Assembly: GCA_951406725.2 (NCBI GenBank)
Contig: OX597816.1
Location: 153,946,001 to 154,010,000 of the forward strand
Length of the DNA: 64,000 nucleotides
DNA from: Octopus vulgaris
Lineage: Eukaryota
Direction of reading: 5' to 3'
A program made the translations under genes and the position numbers. The notes below the pieces were generated by a model, which saw only the letters and a program-made list of their open reading frames with translations, did no database searches and was not told the DNA's origin. Positions within the stretch are counted from its first letter, which is position 1. Each line of letters opens with the position of its first letter. Below are positions 39,763 through 54,408 of this stretch, piece by piece.

Positions 39763-40571
39763 CATACATACACACACAAGTATACTATAAGTGGTTGAGG
39801 ATAAGAATAAAATCCTACAAGTAAGATATGGTTCCCTGACCTTCTATGAATAAGAACTGACTTAGCCCATGACTACTCATCTGACTCATGCTAACATGGA
39901 AAGTAGACATAAAGTGATAGTGATGATGGTAGTGTGTGTATGAGTATACACCCTATACCATCAGTTTTGCATTGTTCTCTGAGGGATCAGACAGATCTGT
40001 AGTACTCTCTATCTTTCATTGTTTCACTACATGAAGTTAATAGATACTCTTAAGTTTGACCATTTGACCAAACTAAGTTTTCTTAAGTTTTTTTTTTTTT
40101 TTTAGTCTAATAACATTTACTGCAGACACCCTTTTATCACCTACTTATACAGCATATTTTTATTAGGTTGCTTCTCCCATTGCATGCCTATACCATTGTG
40201 GTTGTAGCACCCCACTTTCTATATTTTCCTTTGATACACTGTGCCTTCAGTTCCCAGACAGCACCTTCAGTGCTCGCCTTTTTATTCTTTCTTCAATAGG
40301 TGATGGATTGAGGGGTTTTACTGCACATTCTTTCTTCCATGTGTGTATGTGTGCCTGTGTGTACCTCTCTGACATATTCCCTTTCTCACATTCGTATCTT
40401 TAACATTTCTTTTTTCTGCCATTCACCCATCATAATTGTAGCAATCTGAAGTTTCTGATATTTCTTGACCTTTTCTTTTGTTTCCAAGTCACCTCCCATC
40501 ACCTCAATTTCTCTCTTGCTCCCTTTCTTTTTTCCCCTTTTTGTACTTTTCTGTCTCCTATATTCTCTCCC

Positions 40572-40682
<111 letters not shown>

Positions 40683-41239
40683 CCCCTTATCTTAACACCT
40701 CTCAATTATTTTCCTCATTACCTACCCTGTCTGAAATAAATATAAAATTAATTACACTTAAGATAGTTGGAAAAGAAATACATTAAAGAAATTTTATTTT
40801 AATGATGGTGTGTTCATATTTAAAGTAAAGGAGCATGCCGAGGGTGTTTCCTGTGCCACTTCGGTGGAGTGGTGGGGAAGTATGAGCTTATAAGGAGGTG
40901 TGAAATTGAATTAAAGCTAAGGAAACCGATAGGTCTTGCTTGCTTTAATTAGTGTTGAAAGTTTGTCTCCACTCCTATACTGGCAGCCTAATCTGACAAC
41001 CTTGTACTCTGATCACGCTTCACAAGCATTCCTATTTTCTCTGCAAATCCAACTTGGAAATTGTCAGCTCCCAAATCCTTCTGTTTTAAATAAAAAGAAA
41101 AAAATACACTATAAGATATAATCCCTGATATACAAAAAATATGAGATGGTCACAGCTGCAGGTATTTGATCATATCTTTACTAGATCAGCACTGACCTGG
41201 GTATAAACAATTACAGCAAAAAGGCACAAATGAGGCACC

Positions 41240-41440
41240 ACTAAATGGTCACTCAACTTGCTAGAGATAACAGCCCAGTCTCCCTCAAACTACACCCTAG
41301 TGTTTTAGATAAAGAAAAACGATATTAAATAATATAGTCCTAGATATACACCTAAAATGACAAGATAGTCACAAATGGAATGCCTCTGAAAATATATCTG
41401 CTTAATGAGGGTTGACTTGGGACTAAACAACAGCAACGAC
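41240..41440 (+). repeat. Dispersed ~200-bp repeat family ending ...ggggctaaacaacaac (old SINE-like)
   Basis: Shared blocks caacttgctagaaatagc / atgcctttgatcatagg / gacctggggctaaacaac. Also at ~5053-5150 (-), 19380-19580, 21140-21335, 31190-31400, 36735-36925 (-), 37440-37630, 43680-43855, 47470-47660 and 63240-63385. Confidence 0.7.
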
Positions 41441-42199
41441 AGCCTGAACTTGCTATGTTCATATTATAGCTCTTGATTTTGCCACACTTTTTTTTACTAT
41501 TAGCACTGTTGTATCAATGCAGACTAAGTACATCTTTGAATATTCTTGTATTGTATTCCTGATAAATCTTCGTAATTCTTTTCAAGACCTTACTAAATTG
41601 TAACTTAAGCTCATTCAGTAAAAAGGAGAAAAACGTTTTCTGCTAGAATTTGGTAGAAATCATTGCAAGTGAACAGTGTCGAACATTTCAACAACCCAAA
41701 AATATTAATCTTAAACTGAATATAAAAAAGAACCAGCCATTTATATCTGTTAATGTCTTACATACAAAGGGACACATCCACAAATACTTCTTCTATATTA
41801 GCATCAGTGGGCATAGATACATACTTATATACTGATTACTTCTAAGTCATGCCCAACTGAGTTAAATATGCTTCACTGAGGAGGCCTAATAATACTGAAA
41901 CATGTTCTTAGTTTTCACCAGTTGCTTTTAAGGCAAGATCCATTTTCATCTGATTTTTATTCCAAAAATTTTAATGAAGTGTATTAGAATTATCTCCCTT
42001 GTTTGATTCTTTAGATTTTGAACACCTTAAAGAGATTCTTTGGACTACATGAATAACCTCAGTTAACTGAATAAGCTCTTCAACTTAGTATATTACATAT
42101 ATGAGACCTGTTTGAAGATTTGCAGTTTTAAGTAGATGGAAGGTTAGCAAGAAATGCAGCATTCGTGTCTGTTTTAAGTATTAATTATTTTAATTTAAC

Positions 42200-42426
42200 T
42201 TAACCATTTAGATTTCAGATTATTCTGTTAAATATAATGCATATTTATTCACATTCTTTTGAATTGACCATGCATTATCTTGTAGCTTCAAGATTATGAT
42301 GATGTGATTGTTTATTTTTAGAATGACATTGTAGGATAGGTGTGAGAGACAGGATCTGGCTAATTTGAACATAAAATAGGCAGAATATTTGGGCCAGCTA
42401 TGGCCAGTTTCAATGCTAAGAGTTAA
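42200..42426. mobile_element. piggyBac-like MITE, second family
   Basis: TTAA-CCATTTAG ... AATGCTAAGAG-TTAA. Interior matches the truncated copy at 19715-19891 (shared ttagaatgacattgtagg-taggtgtgaga). Confidence 0.65.
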
Positions 42427-43227
42427 AAGTAACTCATAACAGTCATAAATTGAAACCAGTTCATTGATAGCTCAGCTTATCAGGAGTTTACTTCCACCTT
42501 ACAGTACTTGTATACTTACTATATTTTGTGATACCACAATGGGAATGTGGGAATTATTCAATCTATATATACATCATTTTTATTTAAGAATTTCATTCAT
42601 TTCACTTTGCTCTGGGAATTTCAAGCTATTACAGAGCAGAAAAGAATTTAATCTTGGTTTGATATTATTAAAATTGGTAACAGGATAAATATATCCAGTT
42701 GTAAAATTCAAGGTCATTAGATAAAACATTTTATACAGAAATATCTCCAAATACAATATGCCTTTTCATCATAGAACTGCTTAGTCAAAGCTGACAGAGA
42801 ATTAAACAACAGAGCCAGTACAGGATGTACAGGTCAATGAAGAAGTAGTGGCCTCTTTCAAATTACACTCTACAATCTATAGAAAAGAGCGAATGTTGGG
42901 ATATGCTCTAGGTATAGCCAAGATGGTCGTGCCTGGAGTGCCTTTGATCATGTTTTTGATGATGATACTATTGTAATATTTTGACACTGCACAGCTAAAT
43001 GATAAAACAATTGAATGTGGACATATTTAGTAGAGGAAGGATAATCTCATTGGATGCCTTATTGGTTTATCATATATCATTATCATCTAACAAGTCATTA
43101 GTTTAAAGCTATGACAGGCATTTCATTTGTGTTCATGAATAAGACTTTTTTTTTTACATTGGATCAGTTTACTGAGGGGGAAATGAAGTCAAACTTTTTT
43201 GAGAAATATGCCTTTTTTCTTATAAAA

Positions 43228-43680
43228 TAATAATGAAATTATTGTATACAGTGCTCAGGTACACTACAACTTGTCAGAAAGTGTGTATAAAGTGTATGCA
43301 GTAATGTACAAATGTCTGGAAAGCAAACAATGTATGAGTCAGATACATGCTTGTGTGTGTATGGAGGGGAGAAAATCAGGTGTAGTGTTGACAAATCTCA
43401 GAAAGCATGGAAGTTTTGAAGGATGCAGTGCTCCGACAACTAACAACTGATGCTGGCAGTTTGTTCCATGCTTCAGCAACTCTCAGCATGAAAAAATGTT
43501 TCCGAAAGTCATGGGAGCTGTGCTGTTTTCTGACTTTGTAAATATGTCCACGGGTGTTAGACGGGTGGAGTTTGAAAAGGTGCTCAGAGTTATTGTTTGT
43601 AAGATGGTTAATAATTTTATGGGTGTCTGCCAAGTCAGCTGCCAGACGTCAGAGTTTCAATGTGTCCATGCCCACACATG
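43228..43680 (-). mobile_element. CR1-type LINE 3' fragment
   Basis: HPSNTRGHIYKVRKQHSSHDFRKHFFMLRVAEAWNKLPASVV...SFK. Confidence 0.82.
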
Positions 43681-45290
43681 ACATACAAGAAATAGCAACT
43701 GAAAATCTCTCAAATCACACCCTGTTGCCCTAAAAAGTAGATTGAATAATGTAAACTTAGAGATACTGTCTTAGAAAACTCAGATGGGATAGCCATGGCT
43801 AGAATACTTTTGATCATAGGCCTACTCAGAGAGATGTCTTGGGGCTAAATAACAATATTACAGAAAGTAGAGTTAGGAGGTGCTAACCATATAGACAAAT
43901 CATTGTTGTATATGAAAAGATCAAACTTTCAAAATATCTATGGTTTCATTGTGAAGGAATTTAAGAATAATAAAATATAGAACAAAAGTTACAAACAAGA
44001 CAGAAGCAGTTAATTAATTATAAAAACAGCACACAATATATGAAATAATCAATTCAATATATGTAAAAACTAGCAAAACTAAAATGTGTTTACATATTCA
44101 GGATTTATTACAGTACATTTTGTATCTTCATTTTCATTGTCCTGGGATTTTGTTGATTACAGCAGACAACATTCCTTTTCTTTATTATTAACAAATATAT
44201 ACACTCCTATTTTTTCCATGAACTTCCTAAGTTTAATTTTGTTCATTGTCATCATCATTATCAGCCACAGCATCTTCTACTTCTGTAATGAATGTACAAT
44301 GTTCATTTTGTGTGTTTCCTGTACAGAATGTGTGTTTAGCAACACTTAAGTGAAAATATTTATAACTTTTTTTTTAGCCTCAAGTACACCAATGTTACAG
44401 TAATTGTTGTAGAGTAAAAACAGTCCTTTAGCAAGTTGTTTGTAGTTAATTTTGATTTCTAGCTAAACATCTTCCATATTTTACATTTCTCTCCATCAAA
44501 AAATCTATAACCTTGTGTTTTTGTAAGGAACAATATTTCATAGTCCAGCATCTGTCTAAGTGTTATACTGAAACATCATTCTTGTTCAAACCTATATTTG
44601 TTGTATTCTAAAACAGTTTTTTGATCTGCAAGTGGTTAAGTTGGTTGAACGTTGGTCTATCAGCTGAATGGTCCATGGTTGCACTATGGAGTAAACTGCA
44701 GAGCACCAAGATTGCAACCTTAGTTTAATTTCTGCCTGTAAGCTATTTTACTTACTCTAAAAGGGATTATGGTATGAAAATCCACAGCAAAAGTCAAAAG
44801 AGCTAATTGCTCATAACTAGTTACTTCTGACTGAAAATTCAAGCCATCTGACTCTATCATACACACACTTGTTTATATGTATAGACCATCTTCAAGTGAT
44901 ATCCTTATGGAACTCAAATCACATTTCTTATTAGTTTGAAAGCAATAGCACAGCTGAGGTGAGAGGACACTAAATGCCATCTGAGAAGTTGGTATTGTGT
45001 CTTGTCACTACCACTGTCGTGTTTCTCTGGCTATAATTAACTCTCATAAGCTTGGATTACTTGGATGTAAGTAGGTACCACAGAGTTGTATAAATTCACC
45101 ACTGTCAACAGCAAGAACACCGTCAGATTGATGAGTGTTTCCTCACCAATTTGCTGTACTGTGTTAAAGTCTTCTAGATGGCATGGATAAGTTAATGTAA
45201 AACCATCCTAATACAGTTGGCTCTGGAATCACTACTAATAATTTAGGAATACATTTGCATGCCATAGATTTAATTTACAACTTTAATACT

Positions 45291-45338
45291 GTTATATCTC
45301 CATTATACTACATTGTTATATCTCCATTATACTACATT
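45291..45338. repeat. Perfect 24-bp tandem duplication
   Basis: gttatatctccattatactacatt occurs twice in tandem. Confidence 0.95.
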
Positions 45339-46495
45339 GATTGAAAGGTATAAAGTTTTGTACAATTTTTATATATTGTTCATTTTTTGTTTTAAATATT
45401 TCTGAATACCAATTGCCTTGAATTTTCCTTGAACGGTAACCAAAGCTGATCATCTTGCCAAGCTTTTTTATATTTTTCAGTGATTTAAGAAATCTTCTTT
45501 CGTTAGGCTTCATAGTTCTCTGTAAGTGATTTTCAGACAGGTTTCTAATACAAAATTCTTGAAAGAATAAAATTTCATCTACATATGAACAGGTGGAATA
45601 ATTTTTTTAGTTTCCCATTATAAGAAGTGTTTGTACTGTTCTATTGACTGCTGAATTTTCATTTTAATTGTTCATCATTTCTACATTTACTTCTATGAAT
45701 CCAAAATCATTGGGGATATGTCAACAGGAATTATGAAGCAGGAAGTGTTTTACACCATTTGTTGAGTGCGAGTTATATAAGTTTGTGGAATATATTAATG
45801 TTTGGGCCCTGTCTATCCCTGAGAAATGTTCTTCAGTTCAGTTTTCTTTGTATTGAACATAATGTCTGAGCAAGGTGTTTGAATGTTCTATTAATTATAA
45901 TGCAAAATTTTGTATGGGAACCATATTTTCATTCACTATTTTTAACCGTCTGCAGGAATTTGAACAGATGTTTCAAAATCTCTGTAATCACATTAGTTCT
46001 GAATATTATGATCACCTCTCTAATGTTGATTTAGAGCAGTAAGCTATCGTAGCTGGGGGGCAATAAATGGTTTTCATTTCATTTTCATTAATAGGACACT
46101 ATTTCTGGGTTAGAGACATTAATCTAAAAATGTTCTTGAATCTCTCAAAGATTGGAATAAGAGCCAGAATGAAAAACAGTTTAGAGTAGTATATAGGTTG
46201 ATATTTAATAGTACATATTTGTCCCACTTCTAACAAGAACTGTAATACATCTATCTCATAAACTGTGACATTTTATCAGAAACACTAGCTAAGTGTTCGT
46301 TATTTGAAGATTTGTTGTGCATTAGGAAATTGAAAATGAAATCATAAGAACAGAATACAATCTATAGTCAGTGTTATTCATTGATCATGGCTTGAATATT
46401 GAAGAAATGAAAGAGAACATCTGATTGGTTTATACTGTGTGTTAACATTCCTTTTTTGTATTTTCTTCCTGGTCTTAAAATCTAGAACTAATAAA

Positions 46496-46638
<143 letters not shown>

Positions 46639-49600
46639 TCTTGAAAGCATTAGAATGGTTTCCATTTTTATCACCATAAGTGATGATGTTAAATGGCTTG
46701 AACCATCAGTGTTCCAAACTTATCCTTATATCTGACATTATGTCTCCCCTATATCCTACATTATTATATTTGGTTCTGTCACAATCATAATTCATCATTG
46801 ACATTTCAATTAACATTTTTTTCATGCTGGGTTGTTTTGAAAAGGTCTTTAGTATTGTATATCACCTATCTCTTTCATCTTGCCTCCTCTTATCTGTGAG
46901 GGCTACCATCCTCAAATATGACACCTCCAATTCCACAGTCTTACTCTACTACAAACTAACATACAGAACTTCATCATCAACAGGTATCATCGAAGCTCAT
47001 TGCACGTATAAAACAATGCAAACACTTCTCCTATTTACACTAGTTGACATTTTTTATACCCTAATCACTATCCCATCTTTTTGATGTTTATTGAATGTAC
47101 AATAACGATTTGACTTTCATGTTGGTTGATACTGTATATGAAATAAGTGATAAGCAACTGATTAATATTCTAAAATTTGATCTAATGCACTCTACATCTT
47201 CCTTAACTTACTTCCATTCTATGTTCTCTCTGCTTCCAGCTTTAATTGTCACAGATCTGTTCTAATAACCAAATGCTAATTCTTTTGTCGCTCTCTTCCC
47301 AGTCAAATACCAAACAATTTGTCTGATGTGACTGCCAAATCCCAAATGTTACATTAGCTGACCTCTACACCAGCTATCATCAGCTATTAACTTTAATGTT
47401 ACATGAAAATCTCTGATTATCACATTATATTAAATCTATTCAAAGAAAATCTTCTACATGAGCTAAGAAGCTGTTATGTGGCTGATCAACATGCTTGAAA
47501 TAGCAGCTAATTTTGTTTTAATTACATCCCACTGACTTAAAAAGGGTAGGACACATTGAATAATGTAATCCTAGATACTTACTTAAGAGAAACAGGATAG
47601 CCGTGGCTAGGATGCCTTTAATCGTAAGTCTATTCCTTCAGGAATAATGAAGCCAAACAACTATAATACTCTACACTAGTATGCACATGTTATGACACAT
47701 GCTGAATGAGTATATGGTATGAGATGGTAGTCATATTATGAAATACATCACCAAGTGATTATAAGATAGAAAGGTTTTTTTAAAAGTCTTCCTAAATCAA
47801 GCCAAACAGTGTGATAATGGGATCATCCTATTTTCAATCACCTTGATGTACAACCAAACCTCGTTGAAGTATCATTAAACTCAAACTTCTTTTCGTAAGT
47901 TCCATACCATACTGGTATAGTATGTGTGTGTGTGTGTGTGTGTACTTGTGTGCGAAGCATGTATTTCTCTTCACTTCTTCCTACCTAAGTGACAAACCAG
48001 TTCCATTTTTTTTTGTCATGCTTCAATTGTTAATTGTAGGCTGAACCAATAACTGTAAAAGTAAAGCAAATGCTTGACTATTTGAATTTTAAAGAAATAT
48101 TTAAATATCCAGCCCATTATTAACATAAAACAGTAAAAAGAAAAAAGTACTACTACCAACACCATGCCCTTATATATTTGTATGGATATTGTGAAATGAA
48201 AGACCTAAAAGAAATAGAAGTGCCTGTATTAGTCAGCTTATTGTTTCTGTATAACAATAAGCCATGAACATATGAAATTGTACATTTATGGCTATGCAGC
48301 TAAGAGGTTCACTTTGCGGCTGCATGGTTTTGGGCTTGATCCACTGTGCAGAGCAACATTTTGAGAAAGTGTCTTCAAGCAAGGCTTTGTGGGTGAAATT
48401 TCATAGACAGAAACAGCATAGAAGTATTTCAAAGTAATCAATCCTATTCTTAAGTGATAAACTCAGTTCATTGCACAGTTTAATACAACCATGTGATCTT
48501 GAATGCCATTAATGGAATCCATTATTTGCAAGCACTCAAGCCAGGTCTTTGGTCTGATGATTATTTCCACCTGCCTCAAATACCCTGAGAAAGGATCATG
48601 TTAAGGCACTGCCTTTTCTCATCTAAGACCTAAAAAAATAATAACTTTGCTTGTTTCCACTCATTGTGCTGTAGCCTCATAGACAGCCATATTAATCTCG
48701 TTATCCTTAACACCTACCTGTTACATCTACAGCCAAATATCTTAGTGTATCCCAGAGAGAGCTCAGTATGGGTGGAAACCACATGTTGAGCAAAAGGGCA
48801 AAAGCTCACTCAATCTCAATCAAAATCCAACAGTTGAAAAAAAACGATCAGTAAATAAAGAAATGAATATATATTGTAAAGATGACAAACTGTTCACATA
48901 ACCATAAATTGTGTGTACTCCAGTTTTAGAAAAAGTACACCATATTCTTGCATGTTGTAAGAGGCAATGAAAATGGTTGGCAGCAGCTAGAGCGTCCAGC
49001 CATAAAGCACTACCTCAAAAATAGTATCATGTTGAGATTGTCATGGTAACCACAAGGAGAAAATAACTTTAAAATATTTGTCATTGCGATGTCAATTTGT
49101 GTATATGTCTACATGTGTGTTCACTTATTTCCATGCAGAATTACAGTGTTTGTGCAGTGTTGTTGTTGGTGCTTCTCCTTTCAATAACTTGTCTGCTCCT
49201 CCAAAGCCATGTGAAATAAGAAATCCCTTACTTGAAAAACTGCTGTAAAACAATACCTTCAATAAAATATTCATCTGAACCATGTTAACATATCAAAATG
49301 AACACAAAACAAGCTAATGTCAAATTAAATTTACATCTTATCTGAATTTAATCTATATTTTCAACAACAGCATCATGAAGCAGTACATCAAGTATTAGTG
49401 AATACAGTGGAATTTAGAATTAAAAATCTGAAATTGAATTAAAATATTGCAAAGCTTTTAATCCTTTGCTCCACTGGTTCTGTCATTCCACTACCCTCAA
49501 AACTTTTAGTAAGCATAAGAAGTAGTACAGTTGTGTGTGTGTGTGTGTGTATAAATGTGCAAATACAGGATCTATTTACAGAACGAGGTGGAATGTATGT

Positions 49601-49639
49601 ATGCATAAAGTTGTATATATGTACATGTGTGTATGGATT

Positions 49640-49673
<34 letters not shown>

Positions 49674-49757
49674 ATCAAAATCACAAGTGAAAATCAAAAT
49701 CAAAATCAAAGAATCAAATCAAAATCGATCCACATCAATGGAATTTGTAGATTGTGG

Positions 49758-50108
49758 TACCAGTGCCAGTGGCACATAAGAGAGCCATCCGTACGTGGCC
49801 ATAGCCAGCACCGCATCGACTGGCCACCGTGCTGGTGGCACGTAACAAACATCATCGGATCGTGGCACGTAAAAAGCACCATCTGAGCATGGCCGTTCAC
49901 CAGCCTCGTCTGGCACCTGTGTCGGTGGCACATAAAAAGCACCCACTACACTCACGGAGTGGTTGGCACTAGGAAGGGCATCCAGCTGTAGAAACACCGC
50001 CAGATCTGACTGGCCTGGTGCAGCCTTCGGGCTTCCCAGACCCCAGTTGAACCGTCCAACCCATGCTAGCATGGAAAGCGGACATTAAATGATGATGATG
50101 ATGATGAT
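49758..50108 (+). mobile_element. RTE-family 3' UTR copy
   Basis: Same subrepeats and cacccactacactcacggagtggttggc...(gat)n tail as 55371-55766. Confidence 0.8.
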
Positions 50109-50765
50109 GTGTGTGTTCTAGCTGTGCATATTTATGGATGTACTTTAGGTGTAGGCATGGAGTTGTGTTCTTAAGTTCACTTCACAATCATATAAGTGGA
50201 AACTGTATTGAAGCCCAGTATGTGTGTGTATATGTGTGTCTTTTTATAGCAGTCTGGGGCAAAAACTGGTACATTCGAGTAGAGACACCGAAAGGTATTG
50301 AAGCCAGTCTTAATTAGCTCCCTTTACTGCAGTATCTACTTTGCATTTTTATCTTAAGAGAACAAATAAGTCCCAAACACAGTACTGAAGTTAATGTAAT
50401 TGACTAAATTATCTTGAATATAGAGCTCCAGCATGGGCATGACCCAGTGACTGAAACTAGTGAAAGAATAAAAGGGTGTGTGTGTGTGTAGACCTTATCT
50501 CATGCATTAAGTATTTATGAATATGCCAGATGTTGTGACTATGTGGAGTGCTTAATTTCCCTAATGTGGTTACAATTGGTGAAGTCCTCTTAACTTACAT
50601 CACCAGCAATGTTAGGAAATGTGTGAACATCACATTTCATTTCATCTTTTCATGCTTCAAAACTTTACACTTTGTTAGAAATTATTTTTGTTTATGTGTT
50701 TAGATTGTGTCATGCCCATAGTTTAAAATTTATTTGATGATGTATTGCTACTTGGTTGCTAAGGA

Positions 50766-50900
<135 letters not shown>

Positions 50901-51833
50901 ACAATAAACAAGGAGTAACAGTAGAAGGCAGAATTAAGGGTAGCAGCCAGTTGAATATATTTAATAAAAACTGAGAAAATATGACATTTTATAAGTAATT
51001 TTATTGTTTATATTTATATCATCACAGAATTATTAGTTGTAGTCATTATCTATATAAGATTTAGAGATAGTATAAAGATAAGATATATATGTTCCAGATC
51101 TAGTAAACAAGATATATGTATATATATATATATGCATGGATGGAGGCACGAGATTTACTACAAGCTCACTAAGTGTTTTGCATAAATGCAGAAAATGTGT
51201 CAGGGATGCAAAATATATACTACTACTAAGAATACTACAGACATGCTCCAGATGTGTTACATATGTAGGCGACAAGTTGTACCAAAAATTCACAAAATGG
51301 CTAGATGCACTGAAGACACAAGCAGCCAGCTGTGTTATTATAAATCTACAAAGTATACCATAAATACAAATGTACAAATTATACTATAAACATTACTGAC
51401 AAGATAAAAAGATAAGATGTAGTATTACTAATGTACAAAAACTACTACTACAGATGAGAAAATGTATTACAGAAAATAGTTACAAATACACCACATAAGT
51501 TATGAGCAAAATAAACACATATTGTACACTGTTAAGATACTAGATAGCTATAAGGTTGTTCTCAAATACATGTATAATACTTAAACTGTTGTCAGTATCT
51601 ACAGATGGATTCTCTGTCAATTTTGACAATATATATTCAGTTGTTCAATGAACTGAGCTACTTATTAAATTAGCATCTAAGTAGCTGAATATTCTGTAGA
51701 TACATGTATTTTAACATAACCCTTAGATTGAATCAGCACAACATAGTATGTGTTAAAGCTGAAGCTTTGACCTAACCCTAACCCTTATCCATCCAAGAGG
51801 ATTCTACACAGTCTCTGTTCACCCAATGTCTTT

Positions 51834-52398
51834 TACATGGTGACCCCAAAAAAAGAACAGAACCCACAAATCTTTAAATAAAACTGTTTGAATAAAATAA
51901 TGCAGAGGGATAGATCAAGATGAACAGTGGTTCCAGCAAGACAGGGCCATCCCCCACACATCAAATGACTCCCTAGCCTGGCCAAGTGAGCGATTTTCAG
52001 GAGAGACTGATCGGCAGGAAGTATGACATTGAGTGGGCACTGCATTCACTGGACTTGAACCCCACCAGATCTTTATCTGTGGAGGTATTTCAAGGATAAT
52101 GTTTACCTAAACAACCCTCAAATGATTGGTGAACTGAAGGCAGCAATCACAGTAGAAATCAGGGAAATCCCCAAAGAGGAATGTGTTCGAGTGATTGACA
52201 ATTTTGCGTGACATATGCAAGTGTTTGCACAACATATGCCATTTGGAGCACATTTTGAAAAGAACATTACTTTTATGCAAAAGGAATGATCATTCACAGA
52301 CCAAAGTTTAAGTCCAGCAAATTTCAAGAAATTTGCTGGACCTTAGTAGGATTTAATAAAATTTTTGTGGGTTCTGTTTTTTAGGGGTTCACCCTGTG
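51834..52398 (+). mobile_element. Internally deleted Tc1/mariner-superfamily element
   Basis: TIRs catggtgaccccaaaaaa..acagaacccacaaa / tttgtgggttctgtttttt..ggggttcaccctg. Internal WALHSLDLNPPDLYLWRYFKDNVY resembles WPPRSPDLNPxDFFLWGYLK. Confidence 0.8.
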
Positions 52399-53199
52399 CA
52401 AGGCATAGATCAACCTGACTATAGTAAAAGACACTTGTCTAATATCCATACCATCAGATTGGACTGAGAAACTCTTGATTGCAAAACTATCTTCTTAACT
52501 ATCCAGCCATGCCAGCTTACAAGATATGTGCTGCAAATATACGATCCACTACAAGAACATCTAATAAGATAAACAAATTAATTACAGCTATAATAAGGCA
52601 ATCTACTATGATCACAATTGAGAAAATGTTAAGTAGACACACTAAATTTACTATTGGTACATTAGATATATATGTGCAAATACAAGAGAACATGATGAGT
52701 TACATTCTTGCTCAATGTGTTTTGAACACAGCTAACAGAATAAAACTTCAGCTTTGCTAGATTTATAACCAACACCAGATGTGTTGCTGAGGGTACACAA
52801 TACAGATATAATAGATGACAGATATAATACAGATATAATAGATGTAATAGATGACAGTGTAAACTACAGAAGTACTAGGTGTGTCATAGAATTATATCTA
52901 ATACAATCACTAGATGTAACAAGAACACTACAGAGAGTGAATACTACAGACACAAAGTGCCACTATCACATGTGTTTGACAACATAAATGACAGATGCTC
53001 CAAATGTACTGCAGAAATACTAGATTCTAAAAGTATGAGATGTTTTATAGACAGAGAAATGAATGTGTTTACAAACACTGTGACAAGATAAGCAATACAT
53101 GTACCAGATGTTTTAGAAAAATATTGCATTTATGTCACATACACATTATCAAACTAGACATGGTTTATTGGAATATAAAAATGGTTTTTGTTTACTTAC

Positions 53200-53888
53200 T
53201 CATTTGTTTGTTCCTCTTGGCTCTCTGAAATATCTGATTGGTTGTCAACATCACTAGCTTCATCTGTTTCCTGCCTTATATGATCCTTGACATTGTCATC
53301 ATCATCATCATCATCTGTAGGTTGTTTTTTCCAACAGCAGCATTTAAAGATTGCCACAGTCAATGCAATGCAAATAAATGCTACTATTGCAGTTACAACA
53401 TTTAAAACCATATTTGGTATTTGTTGCGAAGAATTACTTTTATCCACATGTAAATCCTTCTTAATATCTATAGATTTTTTGCTAGCAGGGACATATTTTA
53501 GAGGTGCAGCTGCCTTATGCTGTTTATACAGAAATTCCTGGCTTTGGTTGATGCCAGCCTTTGTAGTCTGTTCTACAGCTTTGGTCTTTCGATCGTTGTC
53601 AATAAAGTATTTCTCTTGTTTTTTATCTACACTGGGTTTTCTAGCTCTGTTGGCGGAAATAGACGTTACTGACAAACCTGTTGAGTTTTGGATATAACCA
53701 TTCTGTTTGTTTGTTGATATTGAACGGTGAAGGTGTGGCTCAACTGCTGCCGGTTTTGTTTCCAAATTGACAGGAAATCCTTTTTGGTCTGTTTCCTCCT
53801 TAAGAGTTGACTTTTGTATATAAGGCCTACAGTGAATCGACACACTGTTGAAGAGTAGTGTCAGTGACAACACCAGCAACATCTCCAT
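53200..53888 (-). CDS. First coding exon of an uncharacterised type I single-pass membrane protein (signal peptide, low-complexity ectodomain, TM helix, CCC cluster, acidic juxtamembrane tail)
   Basis: 230-codon non-repetitive ORF. Hydrophobic N-terminus MEMLLVLSLTLLFNSVSIHC; TM segment MVLNVVTAIVAFICIALTVAIF followed by KCCCWKK; then a D/E-rich segment. The ORF 'stop' sits inside a perfect donor (AAT GA|GTAAGT, phase 2), so the exon probably ends at 53200. Confidence 0.8.
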
Positions 53889-54395
53889 CGAGGGAAATTT
53901 TTTTCTTCTATCTCAGAAAATGATAAACTACTCTTCTGTCTGCTGGTGCTATTATTATCAGTGTTGTTTTTGTTTGTCTTAGAATTTCATATGATATTTT
54001 CTTGAAAGTGAGAAGCAAGTGTTTGTTTATTTCGGTCCATTTCTTCTGTAAATGCCTCTGATGCTGTTGTTATTAGTACATATAGTCTCTACATGAATCA
54101 GTGCTAAAATAACCCAAGCCTCTGATTTTGTCTCTTCTTCTGCCATATAAAAGCATGCCTTATTGCAGAAACATCAGCTCAATAAACTGGAGAGCTGTTG
54201 TTCTAAACAAAATTTATTCAGACCAGACCAGTGCAGAACAGAGAAGTTAGATATATTTAGAGGGATGAAGATATTGGCAACAGTTTATTGAAGCTAGTAG
54301 ATCAGCCACTAACTGCTGTTAGTTATAGAGAAGGAAAACATTTGTTAATGTTGACTCATACTGAATGAATTCTTGGTATGTTTTGGTTAGTTTAC

Positions 54396-54408
54396 CTGCT
54401 TCTCCAAC
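54396..54408 (-). other. Candidate 13-nt microexon, or upstream acceptor of the membrane-protein gene
   Basis: ctttttcttttgtAG-GTTGGAGAAGCAG-GTAAAC. Confidence 0.4.

Noticed and set aside
45316-46250. Possible Penelope RT/GIY-YIG remnant (also 13060-13490)
   Set aside because: Only vague peptide resemblance; too decayed to call without a profile search.
51771-51786. CCTAACCCTAACCCT telomere-like motif
   Set aside because: Only about 2.5 units; not a meaningful interstitial telomeric array.
54146-54153. TATAAAAG box near the membrane-protein gene
   Set aside because: It is on the plus strand, opposite to the gene, with no plus-strand gene evident downstream.
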